A DNA stretch of 64,000 bases from Methanoregula sp. (GTDB lineage: Archaea; Halobacteriota; Methanomicrobia; Methanomicrobiales; Methanospirillaceae): the NCBI GenBank assembly GCA_030694985.1, contig JAUYTV010000017.1:3747-67746 (forward strand). Reading direction: 5' to 3'. Position 1 is the stretch's first letter; each line of letters starts with the position of its first letter. A model generated the notes under the pieces. It did not search any database, was not told where the DNA came from, and saw only the letters and a list, made by a program, of their open reading frames with translations. The translations under genes and the position numbers were made by a program. Shown in pieces: positions 30,067-39,767 of the stretch.

Positions 30067-32082
30067 ATGGGATCGCGGGATGGGTCATTTCATGGAGAGA
30101 TAATAGATTTTTTACCGGATGCTACATTTGTTATCGATATTAAAGGACACGTGATTGCATGGAACCGGGCAATGGAAGAGTTGACCGGGGTTTCTAAAGA
30201 AACCATTTTAGGAAAAGGGGATTACGAGTATTCCCTTCCATTTTATGGCGAGAAAAAACCGATGCTGGCAAATCTCATCTTCATGCCGGAAGCAGAGATT
30301 GAAAAGCGGTATGATACAATTGAGAGGATTGGCGACACTCTTGTTGTAGATATCTTCATTCCAACGTTTAGACCCGGTGGCGTATATTTCTGGGCCAAGG
30401 CAAGCCCGCTCTATGACTCGCAGGGCACCATCATCGGCGCCATAGAAACGATCCGGGATATCACGGACCGGAAACGGGCAGAGCAGGAGATGGAGAGAAA
30501 TCGCCAGAGAATGGCAGAGATCATCAACTTTTTACCGGATGCCACGTTTGTGATCGATATCGAAGGAAAAGTGATTGCATGGAACAGGGCTATGGAAGAA
30601 CTGACCGGAGTATCTGACAAAGCCATGCTGGGAAAAGGGGATTTTGAGTATGCGCTCCCGTTTTATAACGAGAGAAAACCAATGCTGGCAAATCTCATCT
30701 TCATGCCGGAAGCTGAGATTGAAAAGCGGTATGATACAATTGAGAGGATTGGCGACACCCTTGTTGTAGATATTTTCATTCCAAACTTCCGACCCGGGGG
30801 TGTATATTTCTGGGCCAAGGCAAGTCCGCTCTATGATCCCCACGGAAATATCTCCGGAGCAATCGAAACAATAAGGGATATCTCTGACCGGAAACGGGCA
30901 GAGCAGGAGATCACCCGCTCCCGCCAGAGTTTAGAAGAGATCATCAGTTTTTTACCGGATGCCACGTTTGTTATCAACCGTGATGGTGTGGTAATCACCT
31001 GGAACCGGGCAATGGAAGAACTAACAGGCGTGTCTGCAAAATCCATTGTAGGAAAAGGAGATTACGAGTATGCCTTACCCTTCTACGGTGAGAAAAAACC
31101 GATGCTGGCAAATCTAATCCTTATGCCAGAAGCTGAGGTGGAGAGCCGGTATACACATGTAAAGCGTGAAGGAGATACGCTGGTCGTAGACACATTCATT
31201 CCAAAACTTGGAGTATCGGGAAAGTATTTCTGGGCCAAGGCAAGCCCACTTTATGATCCTCATGGAAATATCACAGGGTCCATAGAAACGGTAAGGGATA
31301 TTACTGAGCGCCGTGAGATGGAAGGGCGCCTTGCCCGTTCAAAAGCAGAGCTCCAGATAGCAGCAGAGATCCAGCAGAGTTTTCTCCCCGAAATTATTCC
31401 CCAAATCACCGGGTTTGATATTGCGGCAAGAAGTGTGATGGCAAAAGAGGTGGGTGGTGATTTTTTTGATGTGATCCCGTTTGAGATCATACCGCTTGAG
31501 CAAGGAACGCTTGGGATCCTGATAGCCGATGTTTCCGGAAAAGGAGTGCCTGCTGCGCTGTTCATGGCATTATCCCGGATTGTTGTACGGGTAAACGCAC
31601 TCTGGCATCGCGACCCGGCCCGGGCAATTTTCGATGCGAACAATATCATTGCGCAGGATTCCAAGGCCGGCATGTTTGTCACCCTCTTTTATGGAACTCT
31701 TTCAGAAAAGAACCGGACCCTGACGTATGTGAATGCAGGTCATAACCCTCCTGTAATATTCAGAAATAAAGATGGATCCTTAGAAGAACTCCTGCCTACA
31801 GGAATTGTGCTGGGTGCAGTTGAGCACCGTGAATATTTTTCCCGGACTATTGATATCGGGCCGGATGATGTCATTGTTATGTACACTGACGGTATTACAG
31901 AATCGATCAATGCCGGGGTAGAGATGTTTGGAGAAGAGAGACTGTATTCTATCATAAGGCAGAATGCCCGGTTGCCTGCTCGTGAAATCCTTGCAAAGAT
32001 ATTAGCTAGTGTACAGCAGTTCACTGGTGAAATGCCCCAGTTTGATGACATCACCCTGATGGTGATAAAAGGAATCAGATGA
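30067..32082 (+). CDS. PAS-PAS-PAS-SpoIIE/RsbU-type PP2C serine phosphatase
   Basis: AAEIQQSFLP, VGGDFFD, IADVSGKGVPAALFM, YVNAGHNP, YTDGITE and DDITL all intact. Confidence 0.95.
   Translation: MGSRDGSFHGEIIDFLPDATFVIDIKGHVIAWNRAMEELTGVSKETILGKGDYEYSLPFYGEKKPMLANLIFMPEAEIEKRYDTIERIGDTLVVDIFIPTFRPGGVYFWAKASPLYDSQGTIIGAIETIRDITDRKRAEQEMERNRQRMAEIINFLPDATFVIDIEGKVIAWNRAMEELTGVSDKAMLGKGDFEYALPFYNERKPMLANLIFMPEAEIEKRYDTIERIGDTLVVDIFIPNFRPGGVYFWAKASPLYDPHGNISGAIETIRDISDRKRAEQEITRSRQSLEEIISFLPDATFVINRDGVVITWNRAMEELTGVSAKSIVGKGDYEYALPFYGEKKPMLANLILMPEAEVESRYTHVKREGDTLVVDTFIPKLGVSGKYFWAKASPLYDPHGNITGSIETVRDITERREMEGRLARSKAELQIAAEIQQSFLPEIIPQITGFDIAARSVMAKEVGGDFFDVIPFEIIPLEQGTLGILIADVSGKGVPAALFMALSRIVVRVNALWHRDPARAIFDANNIIAQDSKAGMFVTLFYGTLSEKNRTLTYVNAGHNPPVIFRNKDGSLEELLPTGIVLGAVEHREYFSRTIDIGPDDVIVMYTDGITESINAGVEMFGEERLYSIIRQNARLPAREILAKILASVQQFTGEMPQFDDITLMVIKGIR
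30097..31356 (+). repeat. three tandem 420-bp PAS-PAC coding repeats
   Basis: TTACCGGAT ends at 30120, 30540 and 30960; units 1 and 2 share long identical stretches. Confidence 0.9.
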
Positions 32083-32414
32083 ATGAGAGATATTTTCGGT
32101 TGTATCTGTTCAGAGTACAAAACCGGTGCATGTCATACGAAAACAGGATATCTTTTCGAACATTTGATAAGTCCGGGAAATGTCAGGATTACCCGATACG
32201 CAGAATCAAAAGAACTGTCATCTATCCAAGGACTTTAATAAATTTCACTTCCAACATTAAGATACTAGAAATATCTTAGTGTCACAATCTTCACAAACAA
32301 AAAAAGCCAAAAATTCTCTTATTCAGATGTAGGGACAAATGCCTGGCACTTCTGCTTATAGAGATTTTTAAAGAGTATTTGAGAAGAATGCGGAGTTCTG
32401 AAAAGGACACAGAT

Positions 32415-32726
32415 ATGAGAACCTCTCTTACCAAGGCTGGGTTTACGATTCGGGTGACTGATGAGAGATGGATTCATATTACCGAGTCACATGATTATAT
32501 GGCTGGTTATCTTGACCATGTGATTGAGACCGTTGAAGATCCGGATTGGCTGGTAAAAGGATGGACTGACGAAGTTATTGCAATAAAACAATATCCTTTC
32601 AGCATATCAGAGAAAAAAAATCTGTTTGTTGTGTACAAAGATCTGCCAGAAGGTTTTGTGATAACAGCATTTATGACTTCAAAACATGAAAAGATACTGA
32701 AGAGAGGGATCATATGGGAGAAATAA
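32415..32726 (+). CDS. putative RelE/barnase-like (PBECR-type) toxin
   Basis: IRVTDERWIHITESH..ETVEDPD..LFVVY..GFVITAF; overlaps a DUF2283-like gene. Confidence 0.6.
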   Translation: MRTSLTKAGFTIRVTDERWIHITESHDYMAGYLDHVIETVEDPDWLVKGWTDEVIAIKQYPFSISEKKNLFVVYKDLPEGFVITAFMTSKHEKILKRGIIWEK

Positions 32727-32950
32727 TTGCAGATGTACTTCAATCAGTACCTCACCTGCTAAATATGCGATCAAATCATATCTGGATTGACTATGATCAG
32801 GATGGTGATGTTCTCTACGTTAGTTTCAGAAAACCTCAACATGCTGATGATAGTGAAATGAATGAAAACATCATCACTCATTATTCTGGCGATCAGATTG
32901 TCGGAATTACTGTTATTGGTGCCAAAAAATATGCCGGTGAGATACTTTAA
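32714..32950 (+). CDS. DUF2283-like putative antitoxin
   Basis: IDYDQDGDVLYVSF..DQIVGITVI pattern. Confidence 0.8.
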   Translation: MGEIIADVLQSVPHLLNMRSNHIWIDYDQDGDVLYVSFRKPQHADDSEMNENIITHYSGDQIVGITVIGAKKYAGEIL

Positions 32951-33161
32951 AACAAAAAAAAGTACGCTGGTATCAATGGCAGTCTAAAATTCCTCCCCCA
33001 TGATATCTGCCCACAATAACGAAAATGGTGGGTCTAAACCCCGTTTCTCTTCTGTAACCCTTATTCATGTGGATGCAAAAAAAAATTTCCTGATGTGGAT
33101 TTTTGTATCAGCACTTTATACGATGTGACAATTCGTATAAAAAAATGATACAGTTTTTTTC

Positions 33162-33986
33162 CTATGGTACTCCAGACTGCAACTTCTCCATCTCATTATC
33201 CTGTTCATCGAAATAAATATCAAGATAGACGAGCGTTTCTAAGTCAACATCGGCATAGGTGTGCTCCCCAATCTCAAACGGATTGTCCATGTCCCTGATA
33301 AGGAGCAAAAGACCAATAAGCATTACGCTGATGACTGCAAAGATAACAATTCCTTCTATCATCGGGTCGATTTTTACAAATAATAATAAAATGATTACAC
33401 CAACAGTTGCCACTTCTGCAAGCGCATAGGCAGCAGGGATGAAATCAGTCCGAATGATCACTTCGACACGGTTGGTCATCTTATCAATGGCCCCAAGTTC
33501 ATTTCTCAATTTTGCAATCAATGGCGGAGCGACATTGAGAAAAGCCAGGATCCTTATGTCATTATTTACTTTGTTCATCTCGTGATTGATATCGTGGAGA
33601 TTGAAGTTGTTTCCCTTAAAGGAGTTGCTGATCGCCCGGTGCAGTTCACGAACGTGAGTACGAAAGACCCTTGCTGGCGTTTCATCAGTTAGGGGAAGCA
33701 CACAACTGTCATTGTAGAGCGCTTTTAATGACGCTGCCAGTTCTCCACCGATCTTCTCGCTTTCCTTAAAGTCAGTAAAGGTGCCGGCAAAGATGATTGC
33801 AATAGTAAAGATAGCACCCGTGATAAAAGCGCCCACTACCGTGTTAATAGGTACCGTATCATAGCCGTATATGTCAATCAATGTTCTTGCCACAAGAAGG
33901 AGAAGCATGATGAAAAATGCCTTGAACATGATGCCCCACTTCTTTTTGAATTTTATATTCATACATGAGAATACTCCTTCATTCAT
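33162..33986 (-). CDS. bestrophin-like/DUF4239-like membrane protein
   Basis: Two N-terminal and two C-terminal TM helices, helical cytoplasmic part, LIRDMDNPF motif. Confidence 0.65.
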   Translation of the reverse strand: MNEGVFSCMNIKFKKKWGIMFKAFFIMLLLLVARTLIDIYGYDTVPINTVVGAFITGAIFTIAIIFAGTFTDFKESEKIGGELAASLKALYNDSCVLPLTDETPARVFRTHVRELHRAISNSFKGNNFNLHDINHEMNKVNNDIRILAFLNVAPPLIAKLRNELGAIDKMTNRVEVIIRTDFIPAAYALAEVATVGVIILLLFVKIDPMIEGIVIFAVISVMLIGLLLLIRDMDNPFEIGEHTYADVDLETLVYLDIYFDEQDNEMEKLQSGVP

Positions 33987-34204
33987 GTTATGGAGATCGG
34001 TTCAGATCCGGATGGGGGTATGAGTGAGGAACGTAAAGGACAAAATGGATGGAACCCGCTTTTTTCCGTCCCGTATCAATTTTTTTTATGGCTTTTTAAA
34101 AAAATCAAACGAATTCCTGTCCGGCTATTTGTGTTGATGGGAAAACAATTCCGGATTTAACGACTTATTTATGTGATGAGTCACTACCATTTGTAACGAG
34201 AAAC

Positions 34205-34537
34205 ATGAGAAAAACATCTGATCTGGTCAATGAGATGCTTGAAGAAGCAAAAAAAACATTTTTAGTGGCTATAGCGGTAGGTTTTACAACAGAAACAAAA
34301 TTTGTATTCAGTTCAGCAAAATCTCCACTTAAGGATTTAAACACACTGATACAAAGAGGAGGATCTCCTATTGGTTTGCTGCGGTTTGAAAAAGATAAAT
34401 CCACAATACAGGGTTCTTATCGTCCATTTATGGAATATGAAAATGAAGAATGGGTGGGAAAATATCTTGCAGGACTGCTCGAAAATACCCAGGATATCCT
34501 GATCTTAAGCCAGCAACCGGATGTAATGGAGTATTAA
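34205..34537 (+). CDS. hypothetical protein
   Basis: 110-aa ORF with ATG start, followed by a T-rich tract. Confidence 0.65.
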   Translation: MRKTSDLVNEMLEEAKKTFLVAIAVGFTTETKFVFSSAKSPLKDLNTLIQRGGSPIGLLRFEKDKSTIQGSYRPFMEYENEEWVGKYLAGLLENTQDILILSQQPDVMEY

Positions 34538-34829
34538 AAGTTCCGTTTTTTTTATTTTTTCCGGTTAGGTCAATTGCGATTTTTCTTTTTTTTTGCCGAC
34601 ATTGTTTTTAATCTGCTTTTTACTTGTTGTTCTGCCTTAAACATATCATTTGTCTCACCGTTCATTTCACAGTTTTTTATGTGTGTGTCTGCTTTTGTTG
34701 TTTTATGTCACGGTTACACCAGTCTTGGAACCTCATAAGATCAAAACGATACCTATATTGACATAAACAACACTCGTCCAAGTATCCAGGTGGATCAGCA
34801 CCTGGGCAACAAAAAGAGGAGGTAGAAAA

Positions 34830-35276
34830 ATGGTACGACGTTATCACCGATCAATTTATGACGAACTCGATGAACTCAAAGCATCCATGGACTACCTGTT
34901 CCAGCTTGCTCTTGAACCCACTGACAATCCACTGTTGCCAGAAGAAGAAAGTTCTGAGATCCTGTGTTGTTACCTGCATAATTTAAACGCAGAAATCCTG
35001 GAGTACGATGACGAAGTGATGGTAACTCTGGACATGATCCCCGGAATGGATTCAACAGTAATATCTGTAGATCTGATCAACAAAGATAGCTTAAAAATTT
35101 CCTGCAAACGCTGTGTTGAGGATGGAAAAGCTCATGACAGAAGTACCCCACCTGTTGAAAGATTCTTTTCTATCCATCATCTCATTTCACTGCCTTGTCC
35201 AGTTACAAAGTACAAAGCCGGAGTCACATTAAAAAATGGCGTGCTGGACCTTCACTTAAAGAAAGCAAAGTCATAA
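34830..35276 (+). CDS. Hsp20/alpha-crystallin family small heat-shock protein
   Basis: GGAGGT ribosome-binding site; DDEVMVTLDMIPG, ISLPCPV, TLKNGVLDLHLKK. Confidence 0.85.
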   Translation: MVRRYHRSIYDELDELKASMDYLFQLALEPTDNPLLPEEESSEILCCYLHNLNAEILEYDDEVMVTLDMIPGMDSTVISVDLINKDSLKISCKRCVEDGKAHDRSTPPVERFFSIHHLISLPCPVTKYKAGVTLKNGVLDLHLKKAKS

Positions 35277-35393
35277 AATCAATTATTTTTTAATAAGCCG
35301 TTTATGATAAAAAAATCCTGACCGTTATGACAGGAAACATCAATTAAAAAAACTCTGCACCTATGTGCGTAAGAAAAACGATTACACGGAAGT

Positions 35394-35597
35394 TTATACC
35401 GTGTTATGCATGCCGGGGGTTATGATCCGGGAGCGCTTCTTGCACAGCTTGCAGGCAGCATCCCGTGTCTCTTTGTAATGATCCCGTGGGGATTTGTTGA
35501 CAATTGCATTTTCTGTCGAGCAATCTGGGCAGGTGAACCGGATAACATACCCGCTTCGGGTTCCGGTAATTTCGGGTTTTAAGGAGTTTTTTATCAT
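35394..35597 (-). CDS. small zinc-ribbon-like protein
   Basis: 67 aa with CPDC and CKLC. Confidence 0.6.
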   Translation of the reverse strand: MIKNSLKPEITGTRSGYVIRFTCPDCSTENAIVNKSPRDHYKETRDAACKLCKKRSRIITPGMHNTV

Positions 35598-35824
35598 TAT
35601 GTTAAAGATTGATGATTGGGTGTTCTGCCAGGATGAAATTCATACCTGATCTTATGTTCGGTCATGTGGATAAAAAGGGTTTTGCAGTGAAAGGGGGGTT
35701 GGATGAAACCTCAATTATGAGGGTGTTTCTGTTTGACAAAACCTTATGGATATACCAATAGTATTGATCTTCATTGCGTAAAGCATGATGGGTGGAATAC
35801 CCATAAGGGAACATAAAAAACAAA

Positions 35825-36904
35825 TCAATCCTTTTGAGATAAGAGAAGTTGATCTGACTTTTTGCCTTTTGCATCATCAAAGAGATGACTGACTCCAAGC
35901 ACCTCATTGATCCAGCGGAGCTCGTCACACATCTGAAAGATCAGCAGGACTATCAGGGTAATGGGAATAGAAAAAAGCATTCCTACAAGTCCCAGCAACC
36001 ATCCCCAAAAGATCACAGACAGGATTGCAATCAGGGCCGGCATCTCGAATTTTCTTGCAGCAAGATAGGAATAAACCGGGTTTTCCACAACTAAGTTAAG
36101 CACGCAGACTGCTGCAATGACTGCAAGCGCTCCGGGTATCCCAAACTGGATCCAGGCAAAAAAAATGGCCGGAACTGCAGCGATAATGAGCCCGAAATAG
36201 GGGATATAACCAAGGATGAATGTCAAAACTCCCCAAAAGATTGCTCCATGCACCCCCATAACTCCTAAAAATCCGCCAAAGAGCACCCCATGGATGAAGT
36301 TAGTCTCGGTTCTTACAACAATGAAATCACTAACATAGCCGGTCATGCGGGAGAGCTGCTGCATAGTGTCTGAATCTTTCCCAAACCGCTGTTCGAGGCG
36401 TCCGGTTATGTTCGAAGCTTCGACCAGCATGAAAAAAGTTGTTAGCCCGACAAAGCAGAGATACATAATTCCGTCAAATATGCTCATGACGCCGACAAGT
36501 CCCATGGACAGGATATTTGCAAGGTTGATCTCCGGTACCCCATTTGGGTTACTGGAAATACCCAGGGAAGAGAATATAGCAGAGAGATCCTGGAGACGAA
36601 CATTGAGTTCTGTCTGGTATTGCGGAAGATCAGAAATAAGAGTATTGAATGACAGGACGGTCAGCAAAAGAATTCCAAGAACTACAAGAGTTGCAACAGT
36701 AGTGATGACCAGTACCGCATTTAAATCCGACAATCCTTTTTTTTTCAGCCAGTACTGGAATGGCAGAACAAGGAGTGTGATGAACAGTGCCATTAAAAAG
36801 ATGGTGATGACATATGCAGTCATCTTTACTGCAATGATTATGATAAAAATGAGTGCAGTAAAGAGCAGTATGCGCTCGGTCCGCGATACGTAAGCGGGAA
36901 GCAT
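35825..36904 (-). CDS. AI-2E family transporter
   Basis: LGYIPYFG..AAVPA, ENPVY, FWGWLLGLVGMLFSIP motifs; polytopic. Confidence 0.92.
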   Translation of the reverse strand: MLPAYVSRTERILLFTALIFIIIIAVKMTAYVITIFLMALFITLLVLPFQYWLKKKGLSDLNAVLVITTVATLVVLGILLLTVLSFNTLISDLPQYQTELNVRLQDLSAIFSSLGISSNPNGVPEINLANILSMGLVGVMSIFDGIMYLCFVGLTTFFMLVEASNITGRLEQRFGKDSDTMQQLSRMTGYVSDFIVVRTETNFIHGVLFGGFLGVMGVHGAIFWGVLTFILGYIPYFGLIIAAVPAIFFAWIQFGIPGALAVIAAVCVLNLVVENPVYSYLAARKFEMPALIAILSVIFWGWLLGLVGMLFSIPITLIVLLIFQMCDELRWINEVLGVSHLFDDAKGKKSDQLLLSQKD

Positions 36905-37223
36905 GATTAATATTTTGTGTTTTGGTTATTATACCTGCCATTTCTGCCCGGACTTTTTTTTCTCTATTGAAGTAGTTCCAGTCAGCGTGTTCTGTGGGTT
37001 CACTGCATGTGGAGGTCAAACTGACTGTTAACGGATATTGCCTTTTAGGGTTACATTATTACTATTGAACCATCCTCGTGTTTTATCTCTGAATTCAGCA
37101 TATATCTAATTTAGAGATCCTAACCTTGATTTATTAATAATAAAAGCCGAAATCTCAATCTAACCTCTGAAAAAAAACCATGAAGCAGAACCAGCAGAAA
37201 ATTAGCAGGAGAGTCAGATATCC

Positions 37224-38645
37224 TTGACTGATACTATCCTTATCGTTGATGACAGTTCGTTTATCGTTGATGGACTCGTAGCAATCTTAAAAAAAAGTTA
37301 CCGTCCGCTGGCTGTGTACGGCGGTCAGCAATGCCTCGATTTACTCCAAAAGGAGAAACCGGCAATCATCATTCTCGATATCATGATGGAACCTATGGAC
37401 GGATGGGAAACTCTGGCCCGGATCAAGGAAAATCCTGCCACACGGCATATCCCGGTACTGATGTTCTCTGCAAAAAAGATCAGTGCGGATGAAGCAGAAG
37501 AGCACAGGATCAATATCGATGATTTTGTCTCAAAACCGGTTAATACAAAAAAGCTTATCGAAGCGATAGAAAAAGTGCTGGCACGCCAGAAAGCCAATCG
37601 CCAGCATATAGAATCATGGAAATCTGCAGGAATCGGTCAGCAGAGAATCGATGAATTTACCTCACTGATGACAAACCTTGATGTGGATATGAGCCTTCTC
37701 CAGAACATGAAGGTTCAGCTCTCCCTTGTTCATGAAGATGACAAAAAGAGCCGCACGGATTTTGAAACAGTTATTGCGGCAATCGAAAGCAGGATACAAG
37801 AAGAACACCTGCATGAAAAGGAACTCTCCAATGAGTTACAGAAATCCGTTGCAAAGGATACTGAACAAAAAGAACGTGCAGGGCCGATCCCTGTAATGAA
37901 TGGGGGCGCGCCGGGGATTCTGCCTGCTGATAGCAGGACTGAACCAGCAGTTCAACAGGAATTTACAGATTCATATGGTATTTTTAATGGTCAGACAAAT
38001 TCATCTGCCACAGAAGTCCCCTTTACAGATGGCAATGCGTCTCAGGAAATCACTGTTAAGCAAAATCCCAAAATTCCGGAGGTTCATCTGCCTGATAGCA
38101 GTCTGCCGGATACTGCGATAATTCCTGAAACTACGGATTCGGATTTTCTTTTTGAACCGGAGAGCAGTGAGCAATTACCCCTTAAAAAACCTGAACAGGA
38201 AATGGTGGGAGAATCTCCTTTTGAATTACCCGTAAGTACCCCGGCGTTATCAGAATTATCTTTAAGTATCGAAATCCCAAAATCAAATCCTGTCACATCA
38301 CCACTATCATCTGAAACTCCAGAAGGAAATCTGAGTGGTAAAGAGCATGTATCATTGGAAAATAAAGTACCTGTCAGTGGGAAAAAATCCCCTGTTTATC
38401 CTTTGCCCCCCCCAGTCAGTGCAAAGACTCCCGAAAAGAAGCTTGGTGCTATGGATACACAAAAACCAAATGTTGCAGGTTCCGGAACGGATATTTCCTC
38501 AAGAATCAGCCTGGCCAATCCGAGAAAATCCAAAGGGTTGAAAATAGATAACCCGTTTTTACCTGAAAATAAGGTTGCTTCGTCATCCGGTGGCTTCTTT
38601 TCTAAAATTATTTCAATGATTATTGGGATCTTTAAACGGCGTTGA
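37224..38645 (+). CDS. response regulator (REC) with coiled coil and long low-complexity tail
   Basis: ILIVDD, ILDIMMEPMDG, MFSA, SKP; TTG start; tail rich in P/S/E. Confidence 0.85.
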   Translation: MTDTILIVDDSSFIVDGLVAILKKSYRPLAVYGGQQCLDLLQKEKPAIIILDIMMEPMDGWETLARIKENPATRHIPVLMFSAKKISADEAEEHRINIDDFVSKPVNTKKLIEAIEKVLARQKANRQHIESWKSAGIGQQRIDEFTSLMTNLDVDMSLLQNMKVQLSLVHEDDKKSRTDFETVIAAIESRIQEEHLHEKELSNELQKSVAKDTEQKERAGPIPVMNGGAPGILPADSRTEPAVQQEFTDSYGIFNGQTNSSATEVPFTDGNASQEITVKQNPKIPEVHLPDSSLPDTAIIPETTDSDFLFEPESSEQLPLKKPEQEMVGESPFELPVSTPALSELSLSIEIPKSNPVTSPLSSETPEGNLSGKEHVSLENKVPVSGKKSPVYPLPPPVSAKTPEKKLGAMDTQKPNVAGSGTDISSRISLANPRKSKGLKIDNPFLPENKVASSSGGFFSKIISMIIGIFKRR

Positions 38646-38843
38646 TAAGGATCGTTTTTTTGTTCAGCACAAATCTGGAAAATGACCTCTGTTTACAGGA
38701 AACTGATCGATCATTTATGAACCGTGATCCTTTTTTCCCATACACACTTTTGATTAAAAAATGCATTCAATTTTTTGTCCATCTTTTTCACAAGCTTTAT
38801 TTTTATGAATCCCCATCTATCACTAACAAGCATGAGAGTCAAT

Positions 38844-38990
38844 ATGCAGGAAGAACCGTTTGCAATTTATGTTTTTGATCCGGGGTGCCCTGATTGTTGC
38901 TGTAATGAATGTGGCGAGGAATTCTTATGGGATTGCAATACCCGCCCTTCCTGCCCGTCATGCAATTCAAAAGATATCCGTTCTGCTTGA
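38844..38990 (+). CDS. possible zinc-ribbon microprotein
   Basis: 48 aa, CNECGEEF...CPSCNSKD. Confidence 0.45.
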   Translation: MQEEPFAIYVFDPGCPDCCCNECGEEFLWDCNTRPSCPSCNSKDIRSA

Positions 38991-39126
38991 AGCTGTGGGT
39001 TTTATCAGAACCGATAATTTTCCCATACAGTTTTTTTGCAGAAATGAAAATGGCCTTATGATGAATCCTGTTAAAAAAAATTCATACAGGGGATTTAAAA
39101 AAAAATATTTTTACGGATCTTATTAA

Positions 39127-39522
39127 ATGACCACCGTTCAGGATTGTCTGCAATGCGGTAAGTGCTGCGAGAAGTGGGGGTGGGGACAAAAAGGGGTAAT
39201 TGAAGATCTCATGCCTTGGATTTTAGCTAACCGGCAGGATATTCTTGAGCATGTTTTGATAAGGTTAGCAAACGGGAAACGCTGCACAGGCAGAAATCTG
39301 TCAACAGAAGAACTACCCCAAGTTGTCCGCATCGACTACTGGACAGATACAAATGGTCGGACGTTATCGTACTGTCCGTTCTTCTGGAGGGCGGAAGATG
39401 GAAAGGTGTACTGTAAAATTCATGACACCAAACCAAAAGTCTGCATTGGCTTTACACCATGGAACGAAGGCATTCGGGATTATGCCCTGAACTGCCCGGC
39501 ATGCCGGAACAATGCGCCGTAA
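39127..39522 (+). CDS. YkgJ-family CxxCxxCC protein
   Basis: CLQCGKCC ... CPFF ... YCKIHDTKPKVC. Confidence 0.85.
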   Translation: MTTVQDCLQCGKCCEKWGWGQKGVIEDLMPWILANRQDILEHVLIRLANGKRCTGRNLSTEELPQVVRIDYWTDTNGRTLSYCPFFWRAEDGKVYCKIHDTKPKVCIGFTPWNEGIRDYALNCPACRNNAP

Positions 39523-39767
39523 AAAAATCATAGTTATTTTTGCAAGTGTTTATTGTCACATCTGCTAGTGCTGATGGGAAAAAAAGGTGTTCTCTTACCC
39601 TATGTATCCAAAGAAAACCGCATTTGAACCGCTGTGGGGGCGTCCCTTTTTGGGGCAGCGGCGTTCATCATCATTCTATGACGTAAAGGAGTGTTATCAT
39701 CTATTAATATTGCAATTGGGGTAAAAATCTAAAAAATGAATTTATGGTGGCTATCAGCGAAATCAAA

